A DNA stretch of 64,000 nt, taken from NCBI RefSeq assembly GCF_018350175.1, contig NC_058383.1:15502001-15566000 (forward strand). The letters are read 5' to 3'. Source of the DNA: Felis catus (lineage: Eukaryota). The notes under the pieces were generated by a model, which was not told where the DNA came from, ran no database searches, and was given only the letters and a program-made list of their open reading frames with translations. Positions 24,061 through 38,094 of this stretch are shown here, one piece after another. The position numbers and the translations under genes were made by a program. How positions within the stretch are numbered: position 1 is the first letter of the stretch; each line of letters begins with the position of its first letter.

Positions 24061-24171
24061 TATTCTGATCAGCTCCACCTAAAAGGGATTAATCAGAAGA
24101 CTCACGGACTGACTCACCCCAAGAAACCCTATGATCCCCATTGTTGTTTCCTTTAATGGTGTTGAGGGGTG

Positions 24172-24390
24172 AGGGGTGCCTAGCTGGCTCAGTCAGTTAA
24201 CCGTCCAACTCTTGATTTCAGCTCAGGTCATGATCTCGTGGTTCGTGGGTTCAAGCCTAGCTCAGCTAACAGCACAGAGCTTGCTTGGGATTCTCTCTCC
24301 ACACCATCCCCTGTCCCTTCCCAGCTCGCACGTACATGTTCTCTCTCTCTCTCCCTCTCAAAATAAACTTAAAAAAAAAAAAAAAAAAGA
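24172..24390 (+). mobile_element. CAN-SINE ~95 bp from exon 2 acceptor
   Basis: GGGGTGCCTAGCTGGCTCAGTC...AAAATAAACTT poly-A. Confidence 0.9.
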
Positions 24391-25749
24391 AACTATAAAA
24401 GAAATGGCATTGGGGGTAATGAGGTCACTCACTACTGAACTTGAGAAATGTTTGATCATAAATCCACTCCAAAGCCTAGAAGGCAAAAACACTAAATGTG
24501 AACTGTCATTATGTCAAAGTAGTAAGATATTGAAAGATACGCATTTCTCTTTCCATCTGAATCTAATTATTCTATAATGAACACTTACTCTTCCATAAAC
24601 ACTATTATAATAGCACTTGTTACTGCCACTTAAGATAATGCGGAACTAGGTCAGTAATATGATATAAATACATGCCAACACATACAAAAAGAAACTGAGG
24701 ATGCTCTCATTCCCTACCATTCAAAGGCTGACTTCTATTTGTTCAATTCTGTCCTGTTCACTGCCATACTCATGCCCATCCCAGCGACAGGCAGAGAGGC
24801 ACGTAATAAATATTTAATTATATCACTCCCCTGCTCACAGCCCTCCGAAGGCTTCCCACTGGACCTAGGATGAGGTCGGTGACAGCTCCATGGCCCACAG
24901 GGTTTCATGATCCAGAAGTGGCACCACTTCCCCTGCTCCCTCCCTCACCACGCTCTGGCCACACTGGCCTTGCTATTGTTTAGGATCACCTTGTCACTTT
25001 CTACAAGGAAGTCAGCAGGGACTCGGCCGGAGACTGCGCTGAATCTGTACGTCAGTTTGGGGAACGCTGCCATCTTAACAGTATTGTCTTCCAGTCCGTG
25101 AACCTTGCCATTTGGATTTTCTCTCATTTATTCCAATACGTTTTGTAGTTTTCAAAGTATACATTTACACTTTTTTTTGCCAAATGTATTCCTAAGTATT
25201 TTATTCTTCCTGGAATTTTTGAACATGTCCTTTATGAAGATGTTCCACCCCCCCCCCCCCAATTTCCACGTTTGCTCTTTGTAAAATACAGGTTTCCACT
25301 CAATAGCCTTCCCTGACCACCGTCAGCCCCCCTTCCCCCCCCGCACCTCTCAGTACCCTGCGTTAGTCCCTTCACACTGTTAAGTGCCAGTCAAGAGTAT
25401 AATTAATTTTCCACTTGTGTGTTGTCTCTCATCCCTGGTTTCTGGGCTCCATGACAACAAGAATTTTGCCAGTCTTGATCACTGTGATGGCCCTGGTCCC
25501 TGGCCCCTCAATCTGACATGTCATAAGCAATTATATACATGAACAGACTACAACACTAAACAAAGCAACTAAAAAAAATCTGTGATAGCTTTTAAATTTA
25601 AGAGCAAAAAAGATGCATCCACACCCCCTAAGAACTAACAGCAACCACTTGCAATAAGGCAGGCTGTGTATTCGCTCGCCCTCACGAGAATCCTTTAAGA
25701 TGGAAAATAATATCCTTTGTGCTCTCCCCAGAGGCAACAACCATGTATG

Positions 25750-28700
25750 TTCTGTGTACTTTTACTACATGTATATGTCTAATCAGATACAATTACTGAT
25801 ACTGCATACGAAGACTTGTGAAAAATGATATACTGACTATATCCTTCTGCTATTTTCACCCAACATTCGGTTTTGGAAGTTTATCTGTTCACCTATGCAG
25901 ATCTAGTTACTGAATTTATCTACTGTGTAATATGCAGCTGTAGCTGGGTTTTGCTGGACTGAGGAGCCCAGCGAGATTCTTCTTGGGTTGCCTCAGCCAG
26001 GGCCCTGCGGCAGGCACAAGAGTGGCTCTGACACAAGTAGGTCACAGGGTAGGCCCATGTGCAACCTGACCTGGTCACACCAGACGGCTCTCCAAAGAAG
26101 CCATGCCGGTCTACACTTCCTCCAGCAATGAAAGGGCTTGCTCAGTTTCCCAACACTTGTACCAACACTTGATATTCTCAAGTAAACTTACTGATTTGGA
26201 CCGATGTGGAATGTTATCTCATCATTTATTTTATTTTTATTTTAGAGAGAGCAAGCACAAGAGGGGGAGAGGAACAGAGGGAGAAAGAATCCTAAGCAGG
26301 CTCCACACTCAGTGCAGAACCAGATGCGGAGCTCAATCCCACGACCTTGGGATCATGACCTGAGCCGAAATCAAGAGTTGGACGCTCAACGGACTGAGCT
26401 ACCTCATCATTACTTTAAATCGCATCTCCCTTGAACTGAGCATCTTTTCACTTCATCAGCCAGTTAGGTTCTTCCTAGGTAAACTGCCATTTACTAGTTA
26501 AGATGTTTGTCTATTTCTTATTAATGTTCAGGAGCTCTTTTTACATTCTGGATACTAAGCCTTTTCCAATTTTTTATGTTGTATGTAACTACTCCAAGTT
26601 TGTGGATTTTTCTTTAATGTAGTCACAGTATTCTTGCCATATGAGAGGTTCTTGATTTTTTTAAACAGCTTTACTGAGATATAATTCACATACCACGCAA
26701 TTCAGCCATTTAATATATACAGTTCAATTCACAGGATCGGCAACGATCACTTTAATTGATTTTCAAACATTTTCATCATCTCATAAAAAAAACCCATACT
26801 CTTTAGCAGTAACCTCCTATTCCTTCCAGCCCTAAGGAAACCACTAATGAACTTTGTCTATGTATCTGCCCATTCTAAACATTTCAAATGAATGGAATCA
26901 TAACACGTGGCCTTTGGTGACCTGACTTCTTTCACTTAGCATGATGTTTTCAAGGTTCATCCACATTGTAGCACATACCAGTACTTCATTCCTTTTTATT
27001 GCCCCAAATATTCCACTGTATGAAAAATTTTTTCATACATTTTGCTTATCTATTCATCAGTTGATAGACATTCGTTTCTACTTTTCATCTATTATGAATG
27101 CTGCTGCTAAGAACATACATGTGTCTTGTGTGGACATAAATTTCCACTTCTCTTAGCTGGATCTGTCCTATATATCCTAAGAGCGGCACTGCTGACTCAT
27201 ATGGCAACATGTTCAACCTTTGGTGGACCTGCCAGGATATTTTCCAAAGCAACTCCCACTCTGAATTCTCACCAGTAGCGTGTGTGTTACAATTTCTCCA
27301 CAACCTCACCCACACTTGTTATTACCTTTTTTTATTAGAGCCATCCTACTGGATGTGAGGTGGTATCTCGCTGTGGTTTGATTTACATTTCCTCAATAGT
27401 TGTAAGTCCTTGACTTTAATGTATTTAAATTTATCAACCTTTGCCTTTTATGATTATGTGTATGTATATATTATTTGGGTATCTTTACATGTCAAAAAGA
27501 TTTTTATCATTACTTTCCTCTACAGGGTTAGAGTTCCACTTTTGACTTTTAGTGTCTCTTAATCTACTTGGAATTGATTTGGGATTCCAGAATCTAGGTT
27601 TCTCGTTTAGTCCTTTTCTACACAGGTGGTCAACTGTCCAATTCCATTACCTGGTTTTATATTGAACGTAGATTTCCCATGGATTTGTAATGCCGTCTCT
27701 CATATACATCAAGCTCCCATATGTGTGTGGGTTTGTTTCTAGGCTTTTTCTTGCGTTCCATCACCATGTCTGTATCTCCCACCTGTATGAAATCTTGCTC
27801 TCTAATACAAGAAGTCTACCGTTTTATTTTTATTCAAAATTGTCTTAGCTATTCTTGGCCCTTTACTCTGCCATATGAATTTTAGGTTCCAACTGTTAAG
27901 TTCCCAGAAAAATCTTGTTAAGATGTAAACGGGAATTGCACCAAAAAGACTATTAATTTAGGGAAGAAATGACATCTTTATAACACTGTGTTCCCTAATC
28001 TATGAACAGGGTATCTCTCTCTCTCTCTCTCCATTTATTTGGGTCCACTTTTCTTTTTCAATAATTTTTAAAAACTTTCTCTTATGCATCTTGTTTGACT
28101 CAAAAACATACTAATTTATGCTATTACTGACAGTATCTTCTAAAAATTACATTTCCTGTTGTTAATGTATACATAAGAAAGACTTTGGTATACTGATCGT
28201 GATTCTAGACACGTTGCTGAAATCTTTTAAATTCTAATTAGGCTATTGGTAGCTTCTCTTATTTTATGTAAACAGTCACACTACAAGCTAGTAAGTGTTT
28301 CTTCTTTCCAGCCCTTATTTCATTTATTTTTCTTACGGTTTTGACTAGAATCTTCAGAGAAATGATGAACAGAAGTGGCAAGAGTAGAAATCCTGGCCTC
28401 ATTTCCACCTTTAAAGGAAACACTTCACTATTAAATACAGTATATGTCAAAGGTTTCTAAAAGAAACCCCTCACCAAGTTAAGGAAGTACTGTTTCAAGT
28501 ATGCAAACAGATTATAAACAAGTGTTACATTTTAATGAATGCTTTTATCTGCAACTTAAATTTTTTCCTTTAATCTGCTGACGTGAACTATGTTGATTTT
28601 TTTCATGCGGACTCATATTTCCACTTGGATAAACTTAATATGATCAATCATGATTTTTTAAAACTACATTGCTGATTTATGTTTGCTAAATTTTATTCAG

Positions 28701-29450
28701 ACCTTTCAGTATCTATTTGTAAGTCAGATAAGAAAATGATCAGCCATGATCACACTCTCCCTGACTATATACACTCCTTGACTAGTAGGATGAAGTCATC
28801 CTAGTATCATAAAATGAATCTGTGCAGACACGTATTTTCTAGAACATACGTAAGAAATTAGCTTTTATTTTTCTTAGAAGCTTGACAGACCTTGACCAAA
28901 AAGACCACCTGAATTCACCAAGTTTTTGTTTGGTTTTGTATCTGGTTGAGCTGTCTTAAATGCTTCGTCACAATTTTAATGATGGCCAGTCTAGGTTTTT
29001 TATTTCTACTGAGTTGGTTTTGGTAAGATGTGTTACTCTAGGAAATTACTCCTTTGATATTGGTTTTTAATATTTCTGGCACAGTATTATTTTGTGATTT
29101 GTTCAATTTTTAACTTACTTATAGTTGTTTTTTTCACTACTAATGTTTTTATGTGTTTGCCGCCTTCTCTTTTTAACCAATCTTACCATAGCTGTATTGC
29201 ATTGATGTTTTCAAAGAACCAGTATTTGGTTTTGTAGACTATGTCTAAATAATTTGTTTTCCATTTCAGTAATTTCTACATGGTTTTTTGTTTTGTTTTG
29301 TTTTGTTTTTTTATAATTTCTCCCTCTGCTTTCTTTGGGTTTACTCAGTTTGATTTCTCCAACTTCTTCATTTGGAATCTTAGCTCAGAATTTTTATTCT
29401 TCTTTTCTGAGATAAGCATTTCAGAATATAAATTTCTGCAACATACTCCT
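25750..29450 (-). mobile_element. Cluster of old L1M fragments in TMEM248 intron 1
   Basis: TTCACTTAGCATGATGTTTTCAAGGTTCATCCA, CCATATGAATTTTAGG, ACCTTTAAAGGAAA, TTTTCAAAGAACCAG. Confidence 0.75.
26225..26403 (-). mobile_element. CAN-SINE
   Basis: GATCATGACCTGAGCCGAAATCAAGAGTTGGACGCTCAAC. Confidence 0.88.
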
Positions 29451-29599
29451 AAAATTATGTTCATGCCCTTCCCACTACCACCAATCCAATCCATTAGCTA
29501 ATCTCGTTTTCTTTCTAAAATAGATCTCAGATTCACCCACTTTCCCCCATCTTCTTGTGAAGATGTACTAGCTCTCTACAGCCCTAAGACCTCTATATC

Positions 29600-30470
29600 C
29601 AAGTGTCTAGTGCATTATCTCTATACCTACACATTCCACAACATGTCCAAAACTGAACTCATCTGCTTTCCTGCCAGTGTAACTTTTCCCCCTGTATCCC
29701 CATCTCAATACAGAACTCTGGAAAACATTCTAGACTACTTGTGCCTTCCTCGCCATATCCGAGCAATTACTAAGTGCTAAAGATTCTATTTCTTTAATAT
29801 CTCTTCCTTCCTCTTCTTTTCCATATTCCTTGGCACCAGCCCTTAGTTCAAGCCCTCATCATCATTTTCTTATAACTATCACTGAGAATCACACCTGGAT
29901 CTGCATCAAATAATCCATCCTTCACATGCTGTGAGAGTGATTTTTCCAAATGCAAATCTGGTCATGTTACCGCTTAAATCTCTCAGAGCTCCGATGACCA
30001 AAGGATAAAAGTCCAAGCTCTTTAGAATGGCAGTCCACCACAAGCTAGGTCTTGCCTACTTCTCAACGATCTAACTGCTTGCAATTCCCAGGACATATTA
30101 GACAATATTATAGCTTCAAGCCTTTGAGTCCACTGGTCCTCCTGACCTTCATGAACCACCTTCCACTAGTTCACCTGCCTCTTCCAAGACTCAGCTCATG
30201 GGTTACCTCCTCTATGGAACCTTTCCTGGCCCTTCCCCCCACCCAGCCCCTCAGGAAGAAGTGACTACTTTCATTTATATCCCACTATACTCTGCAAATT
30301 TCTCATATAGAAACTGAAACACCTCACTGCAACTGTGTGTATATACATCTATCTTCCGAACCAATCCGTAAGCCCCTCAACGGCAGATACAATGTCTTAC
30401 TTGTCTCTCCATAATCAATATCCAGACACAAAATAGGCTATGTTTTAAAATGCACAAGTTCATTAAATGA
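29600..30470. mobile_element. L2 fragment
   Basis: CAACATGTCCAAAACTGAACTCAT, AATGCAAATCTGGTCATGT, AAAGTCCAAGCTCTTTAG. Confidence 0.65.
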
Positions 30471-31160
30471 ATTCATCAAATAAATCCAGACTTAAGACAT
30501 AAACTAAAATAATAATCTAGAAAGTGATTATAACAAGATTGCTGGACACAAGGCCAATATACAGAAGTCAACTGCATTCCTATAACAGTAAGAACAAGCT
30601 GAATTTGAAATTACAAACACAATACTTATATTAGACCCCCCAAAATTAAACACTTAGGTACAAACCTAACAAATATGTACAATACGAGGAAAACTATAAA
30701 ACTCTCATGAACAAAACTAAAGAACCGAATGGAGATATTCCACATCTGTGGACAGAAAAACTCAGTATGTCGAGGTGTCAGTTCTTCTCAACTTGACTTA
30801 TACATTCAACACAATCCCAATAAAAAATCCCAGCAAATTATTTTGTAGATATCAACAAACTTTTCTAAAGTTTCTATGGAAAATAAAATAACCAAAATAG
30901 ACAATACTAAAGCAAAAAAAAAAAAAAAAACAAAACTGGAAAACTAACTCTACTTGACTTTAAGTCTTACTATAAAGCTACTGTCAGTAATCAAGACCCT
31001 AGAGTATTGGTCAATGGAACAAAACAAAACAAAACAGAAACAAACCCACCTACATGTAGGCAACTGATCTTTGCAAAAGCAATACAATGAAGCAAAGCCA
31101 CATCTCTTTAACAAATAGTGCTGGAACAACTGAACATCCACATACAAAAAAATGAACCTA

Positions 31161-31282
31161 GGGGAGCCTGGCTGGCTCAGTCAGAAGAGCATGCGGCTCT
31201 TGATCTCCAGGTTGTGAGTTCGAGTTCCACAGTGGGCGCAGAGATGACTTAAAAATAAAATCTTTAAAAAAAAAAAAAAAAA
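31161..31282 (+). mobile_element. Short old CAN-SINE
   Basis: GGGGAGCCTGGCTGGCTCAGTC...poly-A. Confidence 0.85.
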
Positions 31283-31619
31283 GACTCTAGACACAAACCT
31301 TATACCCTTCACAAAAATGAACTCAAAATGGATCACAGACCTGAATGTAAAAGCAAAACTATAAAACTCCTAGAAGATAACATATAAGCAAATCCAGATG
31401 ACCTGGAGTTTGGTGATGACTTTTTAAATATGACACGAAAGGCAACATCCATGAAAGGAAGAACTGATAAACTGGGTTTCATTAATGCTCAACATCACTG
31501 ATCATCAGAGAAATAAAAACTACAATGAGATATCACCTCACACCTTTCAGAATGGCTAAAATCAAGTAACTTAATAAAAGTTATTAAAAATATTAAATAA
31601 ATAAATATTTTTAAAAAGG

Positions 31620-31820
31620 GGGTGGTGCCTGGGTGGCTCAGTCAGTTAAGCATCCAACTCTTGATTTTGGCTCAGGTCATCTCATGGTTTGTGGGTTCGA
31701 GCCCCATGTCAGGCTCTGACAGCATGGTGCCTGCTTGGGATTCTCTCTCTCCCCTCTCTCTCTCTGCCTCTCCCGCACTCCTGCGTGCACGGTCTCTCTC
31801 AAAATAAATAAACTTAATGA
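31620..31820 (+). mobile_element. CAN-SINE
   Basis: GCCTGGGTGGCTCAGTCAGTTAAGC...AAAATAAATAAAC. Confidence 0.9.
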
Positions 31821-32161
31821 AAATTATTTTGAGAATGGCTAAAACCAAAAACACAAGAAACAACAGGTATTGGCAAGGACGTGGATAAACAGGAACCACA
31901 CTGTTCTTGCACTGTTGGTGGCAATGCAAAACGGTACGGAGGTTCCTCAAGAAGTTAAAAAATAGAACTACCCTATAATCCAGCAATTGCACGATGAGGT
32001 ATTTAGCCAAATGACACAAAAATAATGATTCAAAAGGATACATGTACCCCAATATTTATAGCCGCATTACCTACAACAGCCAAACTATGGAAACAGCCAA
32101 AGTTTCCATAAACTGATGAATGGAAAAAGAAGTAGCATATACATACAAGGAATATTACTCA

Positions 32162-32533
32162 GGGGTGCCTAGGTGGCTCAGTTAGTTAAGCATCTGACTC
32201 TTGATTTTGGCTTAGGTCATGATCTCATGGTTCTTGGGATTGAGCTCTGTGTCAGACTCCTTACTGACAGGGCAGAGCATGCTTTGGATTCTCTCTCTTA
32301 ATAAATAATAAGTAAACCTAAAAAAAAAATTTTTTTTTTTTTTTTTTTTTGAGAGAGATACAGAGCACGAGTGGGGGAAGTAGACAGAGATGGAGACAAC
32401 AGAATCCAAAGCAGTCTCCAGGCTCTGAACTGGGTCAACACAGAGCCTGGAGCGAGACTCGAACTCACAGACGGTGAGATCACGGCCTGAGCCGAAGTCG
32501 GACACTTAACTGACTGAGCCACCCAGGTGCCCC
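32162..32533. mobile_element. Plus SINE (32162-32328) with antisense SINE (32329-32533) inserted in its tail
   Basis: A-run directly abuts long T-run at ~32328; AATAAATAA repeated after the second SINE; outer TSD ATATTACTCAG. Confidence 0.9.
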
Positions 32534-32754
32534 AATAAATAAACTTTTTAAAAAAAATGGGATATTACTCAGTCACAAAAAAATAATGAAATTTTGCCAT
32601 TAGTAAAAGCACAGATGAAGCTAGAGTATCATGCTAAGTGAAATCAGTCAGAGAAAGACAAATACCATACGACTTCACTCCAATGTGGAATTTAAGAAAC
32701 AAAACAAACAAGCAAAGGGGACAAAGAGCAAGAAACAGAAGTCTTTAAAAAAAA

Positions 32755-32962
32755 ATTTTTTTTAATGTTTATTTATTTGAGAGAGAGGGAGAGAGAGCAC
32801 AAGTGGGGAAGGGGTAGAGAGAGAGGGAGACACAGAATCCAAAACAGGCTCCAGGCTCTGAGGTGTCACCACAGAGCTAGACGTGGGGCTCGAACCCACG
32901 GACTGTGAGATCATGACCTGAGCCGAAGCTGGACGCTTAACCGACTGAGCCACCAAGGCGCT
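32755..32962 (-). mobile_element. SINEC_Fc
   Basis: Full antisense body; AAGAAACAGA flanks both sides. Confidence 0.9.
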
Positions 32963-35900
32963 CTAAGAAACAGACTCTTAATTATTAAGAACAAACTGAT
33001 GGTTACCAGAGGGGAGGTGGGTGGGAGAACGGGTAAAATTAGGTGATGGATATAAAGGTGGGCACTTGTTATGATGGGCACGAGGTGCTGTATGGAAGTG
33101 TTGAATCACTAAATTGCACACCTGAAACTAACATTACACTACATGTTAACTAACTAGAATTTAAATAAAAACTTAAAAAAAAAACACTAGGTTTCACTAA
33201 AATTAAGAATTTCTGCTCTATGAAAGACACTGTTACCAGAATGAGAACACAAGCACAGACTGGGAGAAAATACTGCAAAAGACATATCTGTTACAGGACG
33301 GTTATCCAAAATATACAAAGAACTCTTAATAAGAAAATGGCACGATTTAAAAACTGGCCAAGGATCTTGACAGACAGACATACCTCAACAAGGAAGACAT
33401 ACAGATGGCAAATAAGCATACAAAAAGATGCCCCACATCACAGGTTATCAGGAAATCCAAATTAAAACAACAATGAAATACCACTACCTTCCTAGAAGGG
33501 CCAAAACCCAGAACACTGACAATGCCAAACACTGGCAAGAATGCAGAGCAACAGAAACTCTCATTCATTGCTGGTAGGAATGCAAAACGGTACAGCCACG
33601 TTAGAAGTTTGGTGGTTTCCTACAAAACTAAAACACACTCTTAACCACAATATCCAGCAAGTGCACTGCTTGGTATTCGCCCAAAGTAGTTTAAAACTTA
33701 GGTCACATAAAACTCTACGCATGGAGGTTCACAACAGCATTATTCATACTTGCCACAATTTGGAAGCAACCCAGATAGATACCTTTCAGTAGGGCAATGG
33801 ATAAAATGTGGTATATCCAGACACTGGAATATATTATTCAGTACTAAAAAAGAAATGAGCTATCAAGCCATGAAAGTCAAGGGGGAAACTTAAATGCATA
33901 TTACTACATGAAAGAAGTCAATCTGAAAAGGCCACATACCCTATGATTCCAAAGATATGACATTCTGGAAAAGGCAAAAGTATGGAGCCAGTAAAAGGAT
34001 CGGAAGCTGCAGGAGGGAGGGAGGGATGAACAGATGGAGCACAGAGGATTTTTAGGTCAGTGAAAATACTCTGTATGATTATGGACTCTGAATGACAGTG
34101 ATGGAGGTTCACCAATTATAACAAATTCTGGTGGGGGATGCGGAAGGGGGGAGGCTATGCATGTGTGTGGGACAGTGTTATACAGGAAATCTCTGTACCT
34201 TCCTCTCAATTTTGCTGTGACCCTAAAACTGCCTTTAAAAACTTGAGTCTTTTTTTTTTTTTAAATAAAAACAAAAAATGACGTTAGGTTAAGAATCCTA
34301 AGATTGAGAAACAAAAACATCAACAGTAAATCAGAGTTCCAGAAGTTTATTTAAAGTTATAATAAGCTCTTACATATGTTTATACAGTTTATTAAGAGAA
34401 AGACAAAATCTGAATCACATATAAAAATAAATAGGAACCATTCACCACCTGGAACTACAATTATAAAACATCTAGAAAAGTACAAAAATCTAAAATAAGT
34501 TCACTTCTAGAGAAAACTAACAGTCACTAAAACCACATCACACCAGAATGTAAACATCTATATATCAACATAAATACCTACAAATCAGCAAATATCAATA
34601 TAGCTAATTTAATCAGAGAAAGTTCCAGGGGAGGCCAACTGTATTCACTTAAAAGTGAAAGACTTTATTTTTTAATAAAACAATTAAAAGTCAAATATTT
34701 CACAAACTTGAAATTCCTTTCCTACCGTTCACTAGCATTTTCAAATAATTAACAAAAGCTAAACAAATGTATTTCCTCTGGAAAGAATTAAAAGAACATT
34801 TCTACGATCTTTACCATAGTAAATGTCACTTTTAATTAAAGAATAAGTTAAGTTCTGTATGGGGTTAAGAAAAGTAGATAGAGAGAAAGCACACTATCTG
34901 GCCCCTTTTCCTAAATTCATCCCAAGTCCAACTAGAGGCTTTCACAAGGATAAAGAGAGAAACCACCAGGGCTGTGAAGCTGCCTCTTGGGAAAAGTCTA
35001 GGGATTTAAGGTACCCAGAACACAGCCAAAATGCAGTTACATGTGAGAGTATGTGACTGAAGTCCATTGACGGAGTACCTAGAGCTCTGAGACCAACTGA
35101 ATGACAACACTAAACATCGGGTGGCAATTTAAGTAGGCAAAAGGCAACACCAAGATTATACTGGAGTTACCTCGAGCAACCCACAAGTTAGGAGAAACAC
35201 CAGAGTTACTTTAAAAGAAGAGGAGAAGAGGAAAAGAGCTGTGAAACTTTCTAGAGATGAACTTGGCCACACATATCAACAGCACTACAACCCAGCATAC
35301 TCTTATCTGTGCTGTTCAACTTCTAAAAACTTCACCTGAGAAAAAAATACTGAAAACAAAGATTTAACTACTAAGATAGTTATCTCAGGAGTGTTTAAAA
35401 CAGTAAAAAACGAAAAACTAGATACCCAACAACAGCAGAGAAATGGTTACAGCATGATATATCCCCAGCAAAAACACTATGGTCATTAAACACACAGCAG
35501 CTAAAATAACATACACACAATGAGGCTATTCAGGTTTTTTAAGTATGAGAGTTGGTGCACACAAGTACCCATCCGGGAAAAAAAGACAAATAACATACCC
35601 TCAAATGTAAACAATGGTGGTTCCCTCTAGCTGGTCAGATTACATAGATCTTTTTCCTTTTTAAAAAAATTTCCATCATGAATATATATTCCTTTTGTAA
35701 TACTTTCTAACAATAAAATTTATAAATGTAAATAATCTTCAATAGATCCTGCTGGTCTCGTGGCCAAAATAAAACTTCCTTAAATCTTAATTCTCTTCAT
35801 TTTCTTCATTAATAAAGGTGAGAAATAGGAGAAAAAACCCCCAGAACTTTCTTAAACCAAACTAGAAAAAAAAAAACAAAAAAAAAACAGAAAGCAGGAC

Positions 35901-36999
35901 AGTCCTCTAGCATGTCCCGGTGCTAAAGAAAGGCAAAGCTTAACGTGCAGTCATCTGTACTCAGAGGGATCTGTGAGAAACCGAGAATAGCAAACAAGAT
36001 CTAGGTGAGGCTCCTGCAGACAACTCAGTGCTGTGTGCTCCCGGGGCAGGTGAGCACAGAAGTTCTCCAGACAGGCATGGGCCCCTCCATTAGGGCAGAG
36101 GTTGAGAGGCCAGTGGAGGCCACAGAGGGGAGGAAGTGACCATGAGCCAAAAAGGTGCCCAGGATGGTGAGGTATCCTGCAAGTGTCTCAAGAAGGAAGA
36201 GGTACTGAGAAGTGAGTAAGTATTACGATTAAGAAAAGAAAGGATCTCTGAGCCTCTCTGCGCTTTAAAAAATACTCCAGTGAAACTAAGCTTGCGTCAT
36301 GCTCCACCTGGCAAGATCACCAGTGACCTCTAAAACCACACTCTGGCAGGGGGAAAGCAAATGGTGAGGAGAGAAGAACAAGGATGAGGAGACAGACAAC
36401 AGGTGAACACCAGGGCTTCAAATGAAAGGGACAAGAGACAGTGGGTCAGAAGTGAGGAAACTGACACATTTGTAACCAGAGAAAAGAGCTACTAAAAGAG
36501 GAAGGCTGCCCAAGGGGCCAGTGACAGCTGAAATATGCAATTTTGTAATTGATTATAGTATTTTATTAGAAAGGAAATTAACACTGATTATGCCAGATAA
36601 GGAGCCTTTCACAGGGTCTCCCTTTCTCCAAGTACACCACGTAGCTACTTGCCCAAGTTTAAAACTACAATCTAAAACTCGAATTTAAGATCTGCTAAAC
36701 CACTACCTGTGACCCAGACCAAAAAGTTCACTTTATGTGAACAACAAAACCACCGTTCATTTTAAACTAGATTTTCGACCTCAGGCCAAATGGGAAATTC
36801 CTTAAAACTCTCCGATAAAGTCATGTCCTTCTCAAAGTTTCAAAGGGACTAGGAGGTGGGGGCTGGCGGCAATGCCAGGGGAGGCTTGGAGAGCCTGCTG
36901 TGTGCGCCCACCCCAGGAAATACACCGCTCTTGTGCTAAAAGAATAGCAGGAACTCACCTCGATGTGGGAGAGGGGCCCACTTGGTTTATTGTGGGCTT

Positions 37000-37207
37000 T
37001 TTGTTTTGTTTTTAATGTTTATTTATTTTTGAGAAAGAGAGAGAGAGCATGCACGGGAGGGACAGAGAGAAAGGGAGACAAGGGATCTGAAGCAGGCTCC
37101 ATGAGCTGTCAGCACAGAGCCCGATGCCGGGCTCAAACTCCCAAACCGTTAAACCATGATCTGAGCCCAAGTCGAATGCTTAACTGACTGAGCCATCCAG
37201 GTGCCCC
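37000..37207 (-). mobile_element. CAN-SINE
   Basis: Antisense body; GGGCCC(C)ACTT on both flanks. Confidence 0.9.
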
Positions 37208-38094
37208 AGGGCCCACTTTGAATGTAAAAATTTTTAAAATATCCTGAACCTAATAAAAAGCACTAATGGATGTGAAACTAGATTATCCAACACTTAGCAG
37301 AGATGAGGCCACCTGCTGATATCAAAGAAACCTGTGCAATCTCAAGCACGCAGCTACCATCCTTCGTCCCCCACCATGAAGCAGAACAGACCCTCAGAGA
37401 GGCAAATTAGTAGTGATGAAGACAGGAAAACTTCCAGGTCTCCAGTGAGGTCTCAGTTGATAAAGCCAAGCCAGAATTGCAGTCCTTAACTCCCCTCCCT
37501 GCAATATTTGACACAGACGCAATGTCTTCCACCTCCAGGACATCAGTCACCGGGCTTTCCTTTTGCTTAACTGGCCACCCCTTCCTTCTCCCTCTTCTTT
37601 AAGAGCTGCTTCTCCCCCTGAGCTCACGGCTGGGCCTCTGCTCAAGGCACACACACTTACTCCCTGCAATTTTCTGTATCTATCCCCGTGCCCAGACCCA
37701 AACATCCACATACAGGAGCTCTCTACTTAGCTGACCCACAGGCACCTTGAGCCAAGGTCAAAACTTCTCCAAAGTCACCAAAGCCGCTCCTCCTCATAAT
37801 GAAAGACACAGCCATCTACCCAGTGACCACTGCCAGCCATTCTTGAGTCTCTCTCTCTCTCTTCTATAAACAGCTATCAGTTACCAGTCAAGCAGTTCCC
37901 ACCTTGTAAATGTCTCTAACAAGAGGCTGTCCTCCTCCACACCCCCCACCCCCTCCCCCATACTGCCTTCTTCAGCCAAACTGAAAGCCAGATGTATCCT
38001 GTTCGTGTTGCCTCTTGTTTCCATGATGTTTCTGCAGTTGCTTAACAAGAACATCTAACATAACTGCTCACTCTCTACGAAAGAGGCACCCTGT

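Larger units (their letters stand above)
30520..34240 (+). mobile_element. L1 ORF2/3' remnants (older L1M with nested carnivore L1 ~31480-33185) interrupted by SINEs
   Basis: A-rich L1 motifs: AAAATCCCAGCAA, ACAAATAGTGCTGGAACAACTG, CTCAAAATGGATCACAGACCT, CAATGAGATATCACCTCACACCT; carnivore L1 3' end TGTTAACTAACTAGAATTTAAATAAAA ~33145-33180. No long ORF. Confidence 0.85.

Noticed and set aside
30520..34240. Possible active L1 or reverse transcriptase gene
   Set aside because: Fragmented, frameshifted and interrupted by SINEs; no intact ORF2.
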